Virus record (IMG/VR): IMGVR_UViG_3300047319_001872
Coordinates: 124,001-188,000 of that record
Reading direction: 5' to 3' (one strand)
Length of the DNA stretch: 64,000 nt
Shown here: positions 36,360 through 45,659 of the stretch, in pieces
How positions within the stretch are numbered: position 1 is the first letter of the stretch
Layout: the number at the start of each line of letters is the position of its first letter
The notes under the pieces: generated by a model
Database searches by the model: none
What the model saw: the letters and a program-made list of their open reading frames with translations, nothing else
What the model was told of the DNA's origin: nothing
Program-made: the position numbers and the translations under genes

Positions 36360-36441
36360 GATTTATCCTTGTATGGGTACTCAACCGATGGGGCGACAGC
36401 GTAAAAACGGCATAGAAGGCAGCCCGTAGGCCGCCATCTAC

Positions 36442-36804
36442 TTACATTGTGGCTGACAACTTTAAGACGGGACTACTAAAGCGTTGTTCCAGCGCATGGG
36501 TGTCAATAATGCGATGGCGGAAGGTGCGTATCTGCCCATCCACCACCCGGGCCGCCCCCAGTTCAAAAAGGCGGGCCTTTTGTTGCAGTGTTTTCAAGAG
36601 GTTCGGATCAAACAGCGTCCGACCAGTCTTGTATTGCACGTGCATACAGAGTGCATCGAAAAGTGACGAGAGATCTCCCTCATTTGGGAGGATTTCAGCG
36701 CGGTCCAATTCACCATACCAATCTCCGAGCTTTCCTGACTCTACTCTACCGAGATACAACATCTTCCCCGTATAGAGCCGTGCAGTAATTACATTCGACG
36801 GCAT
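36442..36804 (-). CDS. hypothetical protein
   Basis: ORF track, followed by terminator. Confidence 0.6.
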   Translation of the reverse strand: MPSNVITARLYTGKMLYLGRVESGKLGDWYGELDRAEILPNEGDLSSLFDALCMHVQYKTGRTLFDPNLLKTLQQKARLFELGAARVVDGQIRTFRHRIIDTHALEQRFSSPVLKLSATM

Positions 36805-36875
36805 GTTTCTTATCCTCCATATTACAAGTGGGCAATACTCCTGGTTAGATTACTGGTTTTCTCCAACTACTCTCT

Positions 36876-37415
36876 TTATGCCTGCTTATGCGTGTGGTCT
36901 GCAAGCGCCGCAGCTACTTTGCGCCAGCTTTCCACTGATGGCATCGAAAAGATCGGCAAGTTCTCGATGTGTCTGAACGACGGCTGAACCCCGAGCTCTT
37001 TGTCATTGCCCGTCGGTGCGCCGTAAGGCAGCAGCCCTGAGGGTTCCAGCGGACCATGGAATTCAGGCGGTGGCCCAAACAACGGGTTAAAGTGAGTCAG
37101 CGTTTTGGTACGCGGAATCTTCGCCTCGTCCAACAACTGCGCGAGCGGCTTGGGCAGATGCAGGACAAAGCGAAAGAGATCGTCCAAGTGCGCGATCTGA
37201 TACACATCGAACTCTTTCATGAGCTCGCGTGCATCATGTTCCCGATACCCGAGGAACATGTGCCAGCGCTCGGCGAGGGAGAGCGCGATGTCTTCCGAGT
37301 AGTACTCACCGGGTCGAGTCTTCAATCCCGGCTGAAAGCAACGCCACTCTTCACCCTTCGGGGCAAAGCCGATCTGGCGTAGCCTGGGACGCCATGCCAT
37401 CTCGCCGAAGTTCAT
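36876..37415 (-). CDS. hypothetical protein
   Basis: ORF track. Confidence 0.6.
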   Translation of the reverse strand: MNFGEMAWRPRLRQIGFAPKGEEWRCFQPGLKTRPGEYYSEDIALSLAERWHMFLGYREHDARELMKEFDVYQIAHLDDLFRFVLHLPKPLAQLLDEAKIPRTKTLTHFNPLFGPPPEFHGPLEPSGLLPYGAPTGNDKELGVQPSFRHIENLPIFSMPSVESWRKVAAALADHTHKQA

Positions 37416-37702
37416 ACTGCGTCCTTATAACGAAGCTCCAACACGTCCACCTCCCACTTGGTGCCACCGATTCGGCGCTTCGCGTCGGCGTCGTGGCGCA
37501 TGCGGTTCAGGAAATGGTCCACGAATGATTTACGCGTAGCGGTTTCCACCAGCGTCTGCTGAGCCCCCGGTGCGTAGATTGCGGAGCGCTCAATTTCGAC
37601 GACGGTGTTGAAGTTCTCAGGCCGCGTGAGCTCCTGGCGTTTGATCTTACCAATGACTCGCACGCGTGCCTGGACTTCAATCTTCTTTTTTGTTCTATCC
37701 AT
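37412..37702 (-). CDS. hypothetical protein
   Basis: ORF track; likely ATG 37702. Confidence 0.55.
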   Translation of the reverse strand: MDRTKKKIEVQARVRVIGKIKRQELTRPENFNTVVEIERSAIYAPGAQQTLVETATRKSFVDHFLNRMRHDADAKRRIGGTKWEVDVLELRYKDAV

Positions 37703-37721
37703 TGTAATGACCTTTTCGCAG

Positions 37722-38006
37722 TTAGAGACGCACCGCTGCACTCGTGACTGCTTCGCCGTGACCGAACTGTTCCACAGTCAAGTGACCTGTGACTTGTTTC
37801 CAGGTCGGCCGGATCAAGCCATTGCGAACCAACGACTGACCGTGTAGCGTCGAGCGCAACATCCCAAAATCATGACTCGCTGCTGTTCCGTCCGGATACA
37901 ACGTGGCGTCCTGGATGTTCTCATGGAAGCCCTGCGGCGTGCGTTGTCCGTTGGAATAGTAGAGCTTGCGACCATCGTCGCAGTTGAGTATGATCAGATT
38001 AAGCAT
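37722..38006 (-). CDS. hypothetical protein
   Basis: GGGAGG RBS before ATG 38006. Confidence 0.6.
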   Translation of the reverse strand: MLNLIILNCDDGRKLYYSNGQRTPQGFHENIQDATLYPDGTAASHDFGMLRSTLHGQSLVRNGLIRPTWKQVTGHLTVEQFGHGEAVTSAAVRL

Positions 38007-38074
38007 ACAACCTCCCCTAGGGAAACACATATCTGATGAACCCCCACACCGATCCTCTTTCTTGGAGCATTCTA

Positions 38075-38470
38075 ATGAGTACTGTTAATCCAGCGACCAC
38101 CGTACTCAGTGTGGTTCAAACGACTCCCAGTGGTGATCGCCCTAACAACCCTGGCATTATCCAGGAAGCCCAACGTCTGGGTGTTCTGGATGCAGCCGAC
38201 CCTACCAAACTCGGTGCTGCTGTCCTTGCGAACCCGCAAGGGGTGACACTGAATTTTGCACACGCGATCTTTGCAGCGATTGCGTTCACAAAAGAACGCG
38301 AAGCGCAGGATGCGACGCAACCCAAACCGGTGACCAGTGAGCAGGATCTGTGGCAATACATCGAGCGCATGATTGCGAAGTGTAATGCCGCGGGTCTGAG
38401 CTTTACGATCACCCTGGATGAAAACGGGAAGATGGTTCCCGCCATCCAAAAAGCAGCGCCCACCGCGTAA
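38075..38470 (+). CDS. hypothetical protein (isolated plus-strand gene)
   Basis: GGAG RBS; followed by plus-oriented terminator at ~38487-38515. Confidence 0.7.
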   Translation: MSTVNPATTVLSVVQTTPSGDRPNNPGIIQEAQRLGVLDAADPTKLGAAVLANPQGVTLNFAHAIFAAIAFTKEREAQDATQPKPVTSEQDLWQYIERMIAKCNAAGLSFTITLDENGKMVPAIQKAAPTA

Positions 38471-38508
38471 CGCGAGGCAGACGCTTTCCCCCGGCCGCTG
38501 CCGGGGGT

Positions 38509-39114
38509 TTATGCCGTCTGATGGCTGTCGGGGTGAATCAGCCGTTTAGCTACCGACTGCTTGAAGCCTTGCTTGCCATGGATGCGTGGCTCGTGCGCCA
38601 AGTGCTCGCGATACAACGTGAAATCAAACGTACCGTCGCTGATGTGGTTGTACACGTCAACTGCGGCCTTCTTCACGTTGTTCATGCGGGGATGGGCGTT
38701 CAGCGAATAATCCACTTCCAGCATATCGAGCAGTTCTCGGGCGATGGGGTGCGCACGACCATGCGGACCACGCACGGTGCGCCACACCAAGTAACGAATC
38801 CGGACCTTGGTGCGATCATCATCGAAGCAGATGACTTTCGCCAGATGGTACGTGCTCGATGCCTGGGTGCGTTTGGCCACCATGTCCCCGTGCAGCTTTA
38901 ATTCAAAAGCGAAGTAGCCGTCCCCCGCTTCCTGCCCGTAAGTGAGTGCTTGCCGGTTCCGCGGATTGTTCAGGTTATGGCCACGTACCCACGAGAGCAA
39001 CGTGAGCGTAAAGTCATGCAGATTGCACTCGACCAGCGGCGAGAATGACTGGGGCTGCTGCGTCTTTTCGTCGATACAGTTCCAGTCACACAGCGTTTCC
39101 GTTGGGATCATCAC
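38509..39114 (-). CDS. hypothetical protein
   Basis: AAGGAG RBS. Confidence 0.65.
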   Translation of the reverse strand: MMIPTETLCDWNCIDEKTQQPQSFSPLVECNLHDFTLTLLSWVRGHNLNNPRNRQALTYGQEAGDGYFAFELKLHGDMVAKRTQASSTYHLAKVICFDDDRTKVRIRYLVWRTVRGPHGRAHPIARELLDMLEVDYSLNAHPRMNNVKKAAVDVYNHISDGTFDFTLYREHLAHEPRIHGKQGFKQSVAKRLIHPDSHQTA

Positions 39115-39218
39115 CTAACTCCTTGTTATTGTTGACATCTAGTCCATATACGGCATAAAAGGAGGCTACCCCGTTAGTTTTACCTAGCGGGAATAGCGCT
39201 CCTTATGCTCGTTATGAA

Positions 39219-40310
39219 TTAGAGCTTGACTTCTTCCATGTAGAACGGCTGCTTCAAGTACACCGACCCCACTGCCTTTTGGTCCTCGATGTCAATCAGC
39301 TCCGCCCACACTTCTTCACTGCCCCGAATCAACTGCGACTTCAACGCCTGGAAGGGCAACGGTTCTTGCCCTGCTGCCAGGTCCTTCACGTCGCTCATTT
39401 CCATCAGACTGCGCAACAACTCCACACCCTCGTTCATGCTGACGATGAGTGCTTCATCGGGTACGTAGTCTTCACTGGTCTGGCCATCGGCGGTGAGCCA
39501 GAGATCGGCCATCGGTTCGCGTACGATGCGTACGGTGAAATGATGGGCGTCACTGATCTTCACCACCGTGCGCAGCATGTGCGTCTCGACGGTCTCCTCT
39601 CGATTCACGTCGACGATTTCAAGTACCACCTTCTCGTACCACCACAGTCCTTTGGAGGGGCTGCCGTCGGCGTCCTGGGGTACTTCCTCGGTATAGTCGG
39701 CCGGGCGCCTACAGAGATGCAGCTTGAGCTGCGACCAACCGTCGCTTTGCTCGAGTGCTGTGTCTGCGCTTTCCACCGACTCATGGTCCACACCGATTTC
39801 ACCAATCGTCGCATCCTGCAATTGCTGGATGATCTGTCGCACTAAGTTAATGTGCCCGTAGAGGGTTGCTTCCTCCTTGTTCACGGTGAGGTTGATGTTG
39901 GCATCTTCGTCGACGTTGACATACACGTCGTCTTGGCCTTCGCGCACGACTTTCAGCTGGAAAGCATCGGAGTCTTGCGAATTCGCAGGCGCCTTTGCGC
40001 TATCATCCAGGTACGCGATGCTGTGCATGATCGCATCGTCATCGGTGCGCACGACATACAGTGCCGCCACGTCCCCATCGAGTTGCTCTTTCAGGCTGAT
40101 GAAAAGCCCGTCGCCGATCTCATCATTGGCAATCGCCTCCAACTTCGTAATCGCCATGGCCAGATCACTGAACTGGGCCGCCTGGTCGCGTTGCGCCCAG
40201 AATTCCCGATCGAACAAGAACGCGTAAAAGGCTTCTGCGGTGTTGCCGGACTTCACGCATTTGATCATGTACTGCGACTGCATCGGGCTGGTCGCTTGCA
40301 ACTCATTCAT
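39219..40310 (-). CDS. acidic protein with ~3 internal repeats
   Basis: YMIKCVK..., FQLKVVRE..., FTVRIVRE... segments. Confidence 0.7.
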   Translation of the reverse strand: MNELQATSPMQSQYMIKCVKSGNTAEAFYAFLFDREFWAQRDQAAQFSDLAMAITKLEAIANDEIGDGLFISLKEQLDGDVAALYVVRTDDDAIMHSIAYLDDSAKAPANSQDSDAFQLKVVREGQDDVYVNVDEDANINLTVNKEEATLYGHINLVRQIIQQLQDATIGEIGVDHESVESADTALEQSDGWSQLKLHLCRRPADYTEEVPQDADGSPSKGLWWYEKVVLEIVDVNREETVETHMLRTVVKISDAHHFTVRIVREPMADLWLTADGQTSEDYVPDEALIVSMNEGVELLRSLMEMSDVKDLAAGQEPLPFQALKSQLIRGSEEVWAELIDIEDQKAVGSVYLKQPFYMEEVKL

Positions 40311-40324
40311 CTCACTGCTCCTCG

Positions 40325-40657
40325 TTAAGAACGGTTAAAAGAACCCAGGTCAAACGTGCTCTCCGCGCGAGCACCATCACTCAGGGCTCGTTCGAGCGCT
40401 GAGGAGTTCGACATGAGATCGTCCATCTGTTTGATCTTCTCTTGCAGGAATGCATCCGGGTACTCAGCGCGGTTAATACGTTCGAGCACCACGGTGTAGT
40501 TCGCATCCATGAAATACTTCGCCAAGCGACGGCGGTAAAACTGGCGACGATCCGACATGATCGCCCCCGACCCGCGCACCTTTTCGGCCTCCAGCGCTAG
40601 ATTATTGAGTTTCCGCACGAACTCTTGACCCAGCTCTTTCTGTGTGGTATCGGTCAT
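40325..40657 (-). CDS. hypothetical protein
   Basis: GGAGG RBS; promoter motif at 40702. Confidence 0.65.
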   Translation of the reverse strand: MTDTTQKELGQEFVRKLNNLALEAEKVRGSGAIMSDRRQFYRRRLAKYFMDANYTVVLERINRAEYPDAFLQEKIKQMDDLMSNSSALERALSDGARAESTFDLGSFNRS

Positions 40658-40782
40658 AATACTTCCTCCAAAGTTAACGACCTCGGTTGCATTGCTACTT
40701 GATGATATATGTTTATTTTGTCCTTCAATAGAAAAGAAAAAGGAACCGGACGAGTCGGGAGCCTACTGGCTCCCTATGCACT

Positions 40783-41478
40783 TTAGTGCAAGTCCAATTC
40801 CGCCAGTGCACGCGAACCGAACGCAGTCACGCCACCTGCCAGAGCATCGCGCTGCACTTCGCTCACCAACTGAATGGTTTGCTTGGCATAGCACAATTCC
40901 TGGACATCGGTTTTAATCGGCGGCTGGTTAAAACCCATGCGCTGCCAGTCCCGCAGAATTTCCTCAGCCTTCTGCGTCGCGACGAGCTTGCCCACCCAGC
41001 AGCAATGCGCGGCAAACATCGGGTCACCCACGCCTGACCACTCTCCCCCGACAAAGTGGTAGACCGGCATGTCACTGCCACCGTACCAGAGGGACTCGTT
41101 TTCGCGTCCTTCCAGCGTGAGCTTGATCCCAAAGCGTCGCGTCGGCCTGCCTGCGATGCGATCGGTTGCCGTAGTGATGATCTGGAACGTGCTTTCCTTC
41201 GTCACCCGAATCACGTCCGACACCGCATGCGGCGGCAAACCATCGATCTTGGAGCGGATCACTTCTTTGATGATGAGTTCGCGGATCTTGTCGTAATCCC
41301 CCGGATCACGATAGTCAAAATCCACCAACCCGAGACTGTCCATCGACGGTGTCAGCATTCCCTCTGGCACGTGCACTGTGTCGGACACGACGAGCGTCCG
41401 CACGAGATTATTGTCCTTATACGCCGGGTGGCGCAGTTCAAAGGTAATCTTCTTCACCCAGGTCGGTGCGTTGTTCAT
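40783..41478 (-). CDS. hypothetical protein
   Basis: ORF track; likely ATG 41478. Confidence 0.6.
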   Translation of the reverse strand: MNNAPTWVKKITFELRHPAYKDNNLVRTLVVSDTVHVPEGMLTPSMDSLGLVDFDYRDPGDYDKIRELIIKEVIRSKIDGLPPHAVSDVIRVTKESTFQIITTATDRIAGRPTRRFGIKLTLEGRENESLWYGGSDMPVYHFVGGEWSGVGDPMFAAHCCWVGKLVATQKAEEILRDWQRMGFNQPPIKTDVQELCYAKQTIQLVSEVQRDALAGGVTAFGSRALAELDLH

Positions 41479-41590
41479 TTCATTCCTCTTATTGGCTATA
41501 ATAGCCATTTATCATACCGCCTATTAGTGCGCCCAGACACAAGAGCGCAAAAATAAGATCGGCTTTTGTTATTTTCAATTTACTCATTAC

Positions 41591-41710
41591 GCATCGTCGA
41601 TTTTCGAACGGGAGGAGGGCGAACTCCTAGCAGAGCGCGTGTCGCATGCGAGCACAACGGTCTGTGCCCTCTCCCCGTTCATGGAACAGTACTCACTCGA
41701 TGATGCCACT
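41591..41710. ncRNA. nested long stem-loop (candidate small RNA)
   Basis: GCATCGTCGA/TCGATGATGC enclosing GAACGGGAGGAGGGC/GCCCTCTCCCCGTTC enclosing TCGC-AT-GCGA. Confidence 0.4.
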
Positions 41711-41719
41711 ACGTTAATT

Positions 41720-42457
41720 TTACCATCCTGTCCCCACCGACCAACCACGTCCCCGAATCACAGCGTAACCGCTGTCCCGATAGACCGGGTAAGGTTGGTA
41801 GTAACGCGGTTGTGAGCGCACCACATAACCAGGCTGTACATAGACTGGTTGCGGGGCGATATAAACCGGCCGGGGCGGCGGCTGATAGCCAGGGGGCGGG
41901 TACGGGTCGTAGCCATATTCTTCCATGGCTTCTTGCCGGTTACGCCAGCTGGGTGCGCGACCAAAGTCAGTCGCAGGCTGGTAGTAGCGCGGGTCCGGCT
42001 GAACGACATTCACCACAACCGGTGGCTGAGCAGCATGTACGTACTGTTGCGGTTGCGGCTGATAGGCGACCTCAGCTTGCTGTTGGGGCGCAGCATAGAC
42101 GGGCGCTGGCGCTTGACGCACAACAGGTTTAGGGATGGCAGCCACTTGGGCGGCTTGGGGGTAGCCTGCGTAACCTTTCGGTAGCGGCGGCAGGGGCGGA
42201 TAGTTTTGGGCATCTTTTTCTTTTTGTTCTGCGGCACCTTGTATCCGACCATTGCGAAAGGCGCGGGCGGTTCCGGTCATCGGTGCAGCGGGGTCTTCTT
42301 GTGCTCCATCGATGTTGTATTGGCTTTCGGGGATGACGCGCTCGTTCGGGGCGAGCGCAAGATCCTCAGTACCGTCATAGGCGCTGAGGGGGCCGTCTGC
42401 GAGCGCCATGCTCGAGACACTAACAAGCAATGCAGCTGCTAACAGATGCTTAATCAT
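41720..42457 (-). CDS. secreted Pro/Gln/Tyr-rich low-complexity protein
   Basis: Signal peptide MIKHLLAAALLVSVSSMALA; PQPVY-type repeats. Confidence 0.7.
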   Translation of the reverse strand: MIKHLLAAALLVSVSSMALADGPLSAYDGTEDLALAPNERVIPESQYNIDGAQEDPAAPMTGTARAFRNGRIQGAAEQKEKDAQNYPPLPPLPKGYAGYPQAAQVAAIPKPVVRQAPAPVYAAPQQQAEVAYQPQPQQYVHAAQPPVVVNVVQPDPRYYQPATDFGRAPSWRNRQEAMEEYGYDPYPPPGYQPPPRPVYIAPQPVYVQPGYVVRSQPRYYQPYPVYRDSGYAVIRGRGWSVGTGW

Positions 42458-42523
42458 TACGTTCTCCTGAAAGAAAGCGACGTCATAAAGCCAGGACCCG
42501 AAGGTCCCGGCCATGCACTACGT

Positions 42524-44164
42524 TTAACGCTTGACAGCGTGGCTACCGAAACCTTCAGCGAGCAGCGCCTTGACGATCTCATCGAGCTCGTTCTTCTCGA
42601 ACACGATGCCCTTGATGGTGACTTGCTGATTCACCAACGACAGCTGCGAGACGGCGCCCGACTCACGGCCGTAGCCGAGTGCGCGCAGTTCTTCAACGAG
42701 CTGACGGCATTCGGCGAAGCTGAACTTCTCGCCCTTGATAGGGATGGCGAGTTCGATCAGGGGTGCAGCGATCGGCGCAGCTTTCGGAGCGACTTGCACG
42801 AGGGAGGGCTTGGACATGTCTTCGGTTTCCTTGGATTCGGTGATTTCGGGTTGTGCTACCGGCGCTGCACTCTGCACGGCGTCCACCGGCAGTTCTTGTT
42901 GTGGCGACTTCGACTGGGCTGCACGCAGGCTCGCGTGGTGCGCGGCCAGCGGCTCGTTCACTTTCAGGTTCGGATTGGGAATGCCGGGCTTCAGAGCCCA
43001 GACATTCGCGCGGCCTTCCTTCGAGATATTAAACCAGCCGTCGATACCGAGTGCCGAGAGACGGTTGCCGATGCTCTTCGCTGACTGGCTCGGGCGCACC
43101 AGCTGCACCAGCGTGACCACGTCCTCCGACTTGTACGGCTTGTGGTCGGACATCGCCTTCCAGATGAGTGTGTTCAAATGGTCGTCTTCCACCATCGTCG
43201 GGGCGAGGTCAATCACGGGATTCATCGGGGCTTCCGAGGTTGCGTTTACTTGCTTGATAACTTCAGCCGAGGCTTCTTCCTGCGCCAGCACGCTTGCACC
43301 ATCGACCTTCTCAGCATGCTCGCTATTGAGCGCATTCGAGACGATCGAAAACACCGAACCGACTTCACGCGAAGCCGAATGCAGCGGAGCGAAGTTGCCC
43401 TGCGCGCTGGATTCATACATCGCGCGGATGCGAATTTCGCGTTCGTCTTCGACGCGCGGTGTCGTGAGGTTGTCGCGGATCTTGGCGAGCGCCGTCTGCT
43501 CTTCCAGGAGCACCTGATTGAGCGGGGTAGGCATCGGCACGTGTTTCTTCATCGAGTAGCGCATGCCACCCGAGCCACCGTCACGACGGTCGAAGTAATT
43601 GCGCGAGTTGATCATCGAATCGACCCGGCGATTGATCTGGATGCGATCGAACTTGTACTCGGCCAGCATCGCGCAGATTTCGTTCTTGGTGCGCGCCTTG
43701 TTGTCCGACATCACCTTCCAGATGGCCACGTCCAGCCCTTCTTCAAGGACGATGACGCCCTTGGGGTCCGGAGCTTGCCGGGTGCCCACCGGATCAGTGA
43801 GCTTGAACGCCGCCGCTTTGTTGCGGGCGCTGGTGATAGTTTCCAGAGGCTTGCGCTTCAGGGTATACGTTGCAGGGCGACCTGTAATAGTCATAATTTC
43901 GAATTTTCCTTCATTGACGAACTTGTTCATGAGAGCCGGAATCTGATCTGCGTCCGGATGCTTGGCCAAACAACGCTGCACATCACCTACCGTCCAACCC
44001 CGGTAGTTGGTCATCAGTGCGAGCATCGCGACGTCGATGTCTTCGGCCGGAGGCGGTGCTTTCTCAGCAGCGGCCAGTTGTTGCGCAAAAGGTTTCTCAG
44101 GCTTCGCCGGAGTGAACAATTGGTGAATGTTACGCAGATCTTTCAGGGCACGACCTTTAGCCAT
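42524..44164 (-). CDS. multi-repeat (winged-helix-like) putative DNA-binding protein
   Basis: IDVAMLALMT / LDVAIWKVMSD / LNTLIWKAMSD repeats; duplicated C-terminal IKGxxF...LxAxGxG. Confidence 0.7.
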   Translation of the reverse strand: MAKGRALKDLRNIHQLFTPAKPEKPFAQQLAAAEKAPPPAEDIDVAMLALMTNYRGWTVGDVQRCLAKHPDADQIPALMNKFVNEGKFEIMTITGRPATYTLKRKPLETITSARNKAAAFKLTDPVGTRQAPDPKGVIVLEEGLDVAIWKVMSDNKARTKNEICAMLAEYKFDRIQINRRVDSMINSRNYFDRRDGGSGGMRYSMKKHVPMPTPLNQVLLEEQTALAKIRDNLTTPRVEDEREIRIRAMYESSAQGNFAPLHSASREVGSVFSIVSNALNSEHAEKVDGASVLAQEEASAEVIKQVNATSEAPMNPVIDLAPTMVEDDHLNTLIWKAMSDHKPYKSEDVVTLVQLVRPSQSAKSIGNRLSALGIDGWFNISKEGRANVWALKPGIPNPNLKVNEPLAAHHASLRAAQSKSPQQELPVDAVQSAAPVAQPEITESKETEDMSKPSLVQVAPKAAPIAAPLIELAIPIKGEKFSFAECRQLVEELRALGYGRESGAVSQLSLVNQQVTIKGIVFEKNELDEIVKALLAEGFGSHAVKR

Positions 44165-44240
44165 CACAAACAACTCCTTTATCTTCTTCGTTGATCAATT
44201 CAAGCCTAGGAGAAGAGGGTACTACAACCTTCTCACTCCT

Positions 44241-44265
44241 GTTATATAGGGCTGATTTTATCTGG
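44241..44265 (-). promoter_or_regulatory. putative early promoter for the multi-repeat DNA-binding gene
   Basis: CCTATATAAC with AT-rich upstream; the leader folds AGGAG..AAGG/CC..CTTCTCCT. Confidence 0.5.
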
Positions 44266-44359
44266 AATCCTTGATCCGGGTCCTCTTTCCACCATAGACA
44301 AATCATGGCGGCCACGAGTAAAAACGGCATAGACCCAGGGCCGTAGCCCTGGGCGTCGT

Positions 44360-44860
44360 TTAGGTCGGATTCGACCAGACGATCTTGGCAATGGCAGCCG
44401 GATCTTGCAGGCTCATCACCTGCACTTCAAGCTGAGCCTTTTGGGCGATGCACTTGCTAATCCAGTTAAAGCCGTCAATGCCGACTTGCTGGATTTGGGC
44501 TTGGTTGTGACCACGCATGGCCCAGTTACCGTACCGGTCTGCACACCAGAAGAGCACCGAAGTAAAACCCGGCAACATCGAGCGCTGCACCGCAGCTGCC
44601 AGGTTCGCCTGATCGGTGCTTTTGGCCGGATAGTGATAGGCGGCACCCAGTGAACTGGACGTGAAACCATTGACAATCGCCGCCGCACAGGCATCGTCGA
44701 TTTGCTGGATCTGCAAGTTCTGGATTTCACCCAAGGGTGTGGGAGTGTCCGCCAGCGCTTCCGCATCACTGATTATTGTGGCACCGGCAGGCAGATCATG
44801 CGCGAACGCAATCGAATTGAAAAAGAGCACATTGCCGCTCGCGTCGCGGTAGTAAGGCAT
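44360..44860 (-). CDS. tail fibre assembly-type protein (DUF4376-like)
   Basis: IDDACAAAIVNGF...YHYPAKSTDQANL...WCAD...HNQAQIQQVG. Confidence 0.7.
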   Translation of the reverse strand: MPYYRDASGNVLFFNSIAFAHDLPAGATIISDAEALADTPTPLGEIQNLQIQQIDDACAAAIVNGFTSSSLGAAYHYPAKSTDQANLAAAVQRSMLPGFTSVLFWCADRYGNWAMRGHNQAQIQQVGIDGFNWISKCIAQKAQLEVQVMSLQDPAAIAKIVWSNPT

Positions 44861-44880
44861 CGTAAAACCTCAAAATAAAA

Positions 44881-45570
44881 TTAGGACCAGGCGAGGCTTG
44901 CGCTTTGGTCAGGAGTGCCGTTAGAGACAGCAATCGAAGAGCCCGCAGCGGTGGCCGACACCCGATAGACATCGACCCGTACCACCCGCGCAATCGTGTT
45001 CGTGGTGACATTGCCCGAGGCATCCGTCACGATCTTACCAATGTACATGGTAGTGTTCGACTCCGCCAGGGCCGTGGACGAAGCGATGATGCTGATGACT
45101 CCCGCTGTCAGCTTCAGGTAATAAAGCGTCGTCGCATTGGTCGCATAGGCGAGACTGTAAGCACCCAACGTAAATGCCTGACCTGCAATCAGACACGGAA
45201 TGCCTGCGGTGAAATTCACCGTCTTGTTCGACGTATTGATGCTGACCGGAATCGGGGTGCCCATCGCATCGCCAAACGCGGACAGCGGAACAATACCGGA
45301 AGGCAAGAGCGCAGCGACGGCCGTGTCAATCTGGCCCGAACTATACGCGCCAATCTGGGCGGCGGTCGTACCGTGCGGGTTACTGGTGTTATTGGCGTGC
45401 GCGTCCGTATGGGCGTTTGCCGTGTCAGTCATCTGGGTGGCGGTCTGGCCATTAAGAGCCAGTGCGTTATCAGCCGAGTAGGCAGTTTGCACCTTCCGGC
45501 TAATCCCACCTACTACCGCCGTGCTAAAAGTATTCAGCGCGCCGTTCAATCCGCTCAGGTCCATGATCAC
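44881..45570 (-). CDS. short tail-fibre-related virion protein
   Basis: NPHGTTAAQIG motif; both ends align with the 1105-aa neighbour. Confidence 0.75.
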   Translation of the reverse strand: MIMDLSGLNGALNTFSTAVVGGISRKVQTAYSADNALALNGQTATQMTDTANAHTDAHANNTSNPHGTTAAQIGAYSSGQIDTAVAALLPSGIVPLSAFGDAMGTPIPVSINTSNKTVNFTAGIPCLIAGQAFTLGAYSLAYATNATTLYYLKLTAGVISIIASSTALAESNTTMYIGKIVTDASGNVTTNTIARVVRVDVYRVSATAAGSSIAVSNGTPDQSASLAWS

Positions 45571-45659
45571 ATCCGTGTAAAGAGATCTTCTATAAGATTG
45601 CCGATTAAACCGGCAGCATAAAAACCAGGATACCGAAGTACCCTGGTTCTCATGAATGC

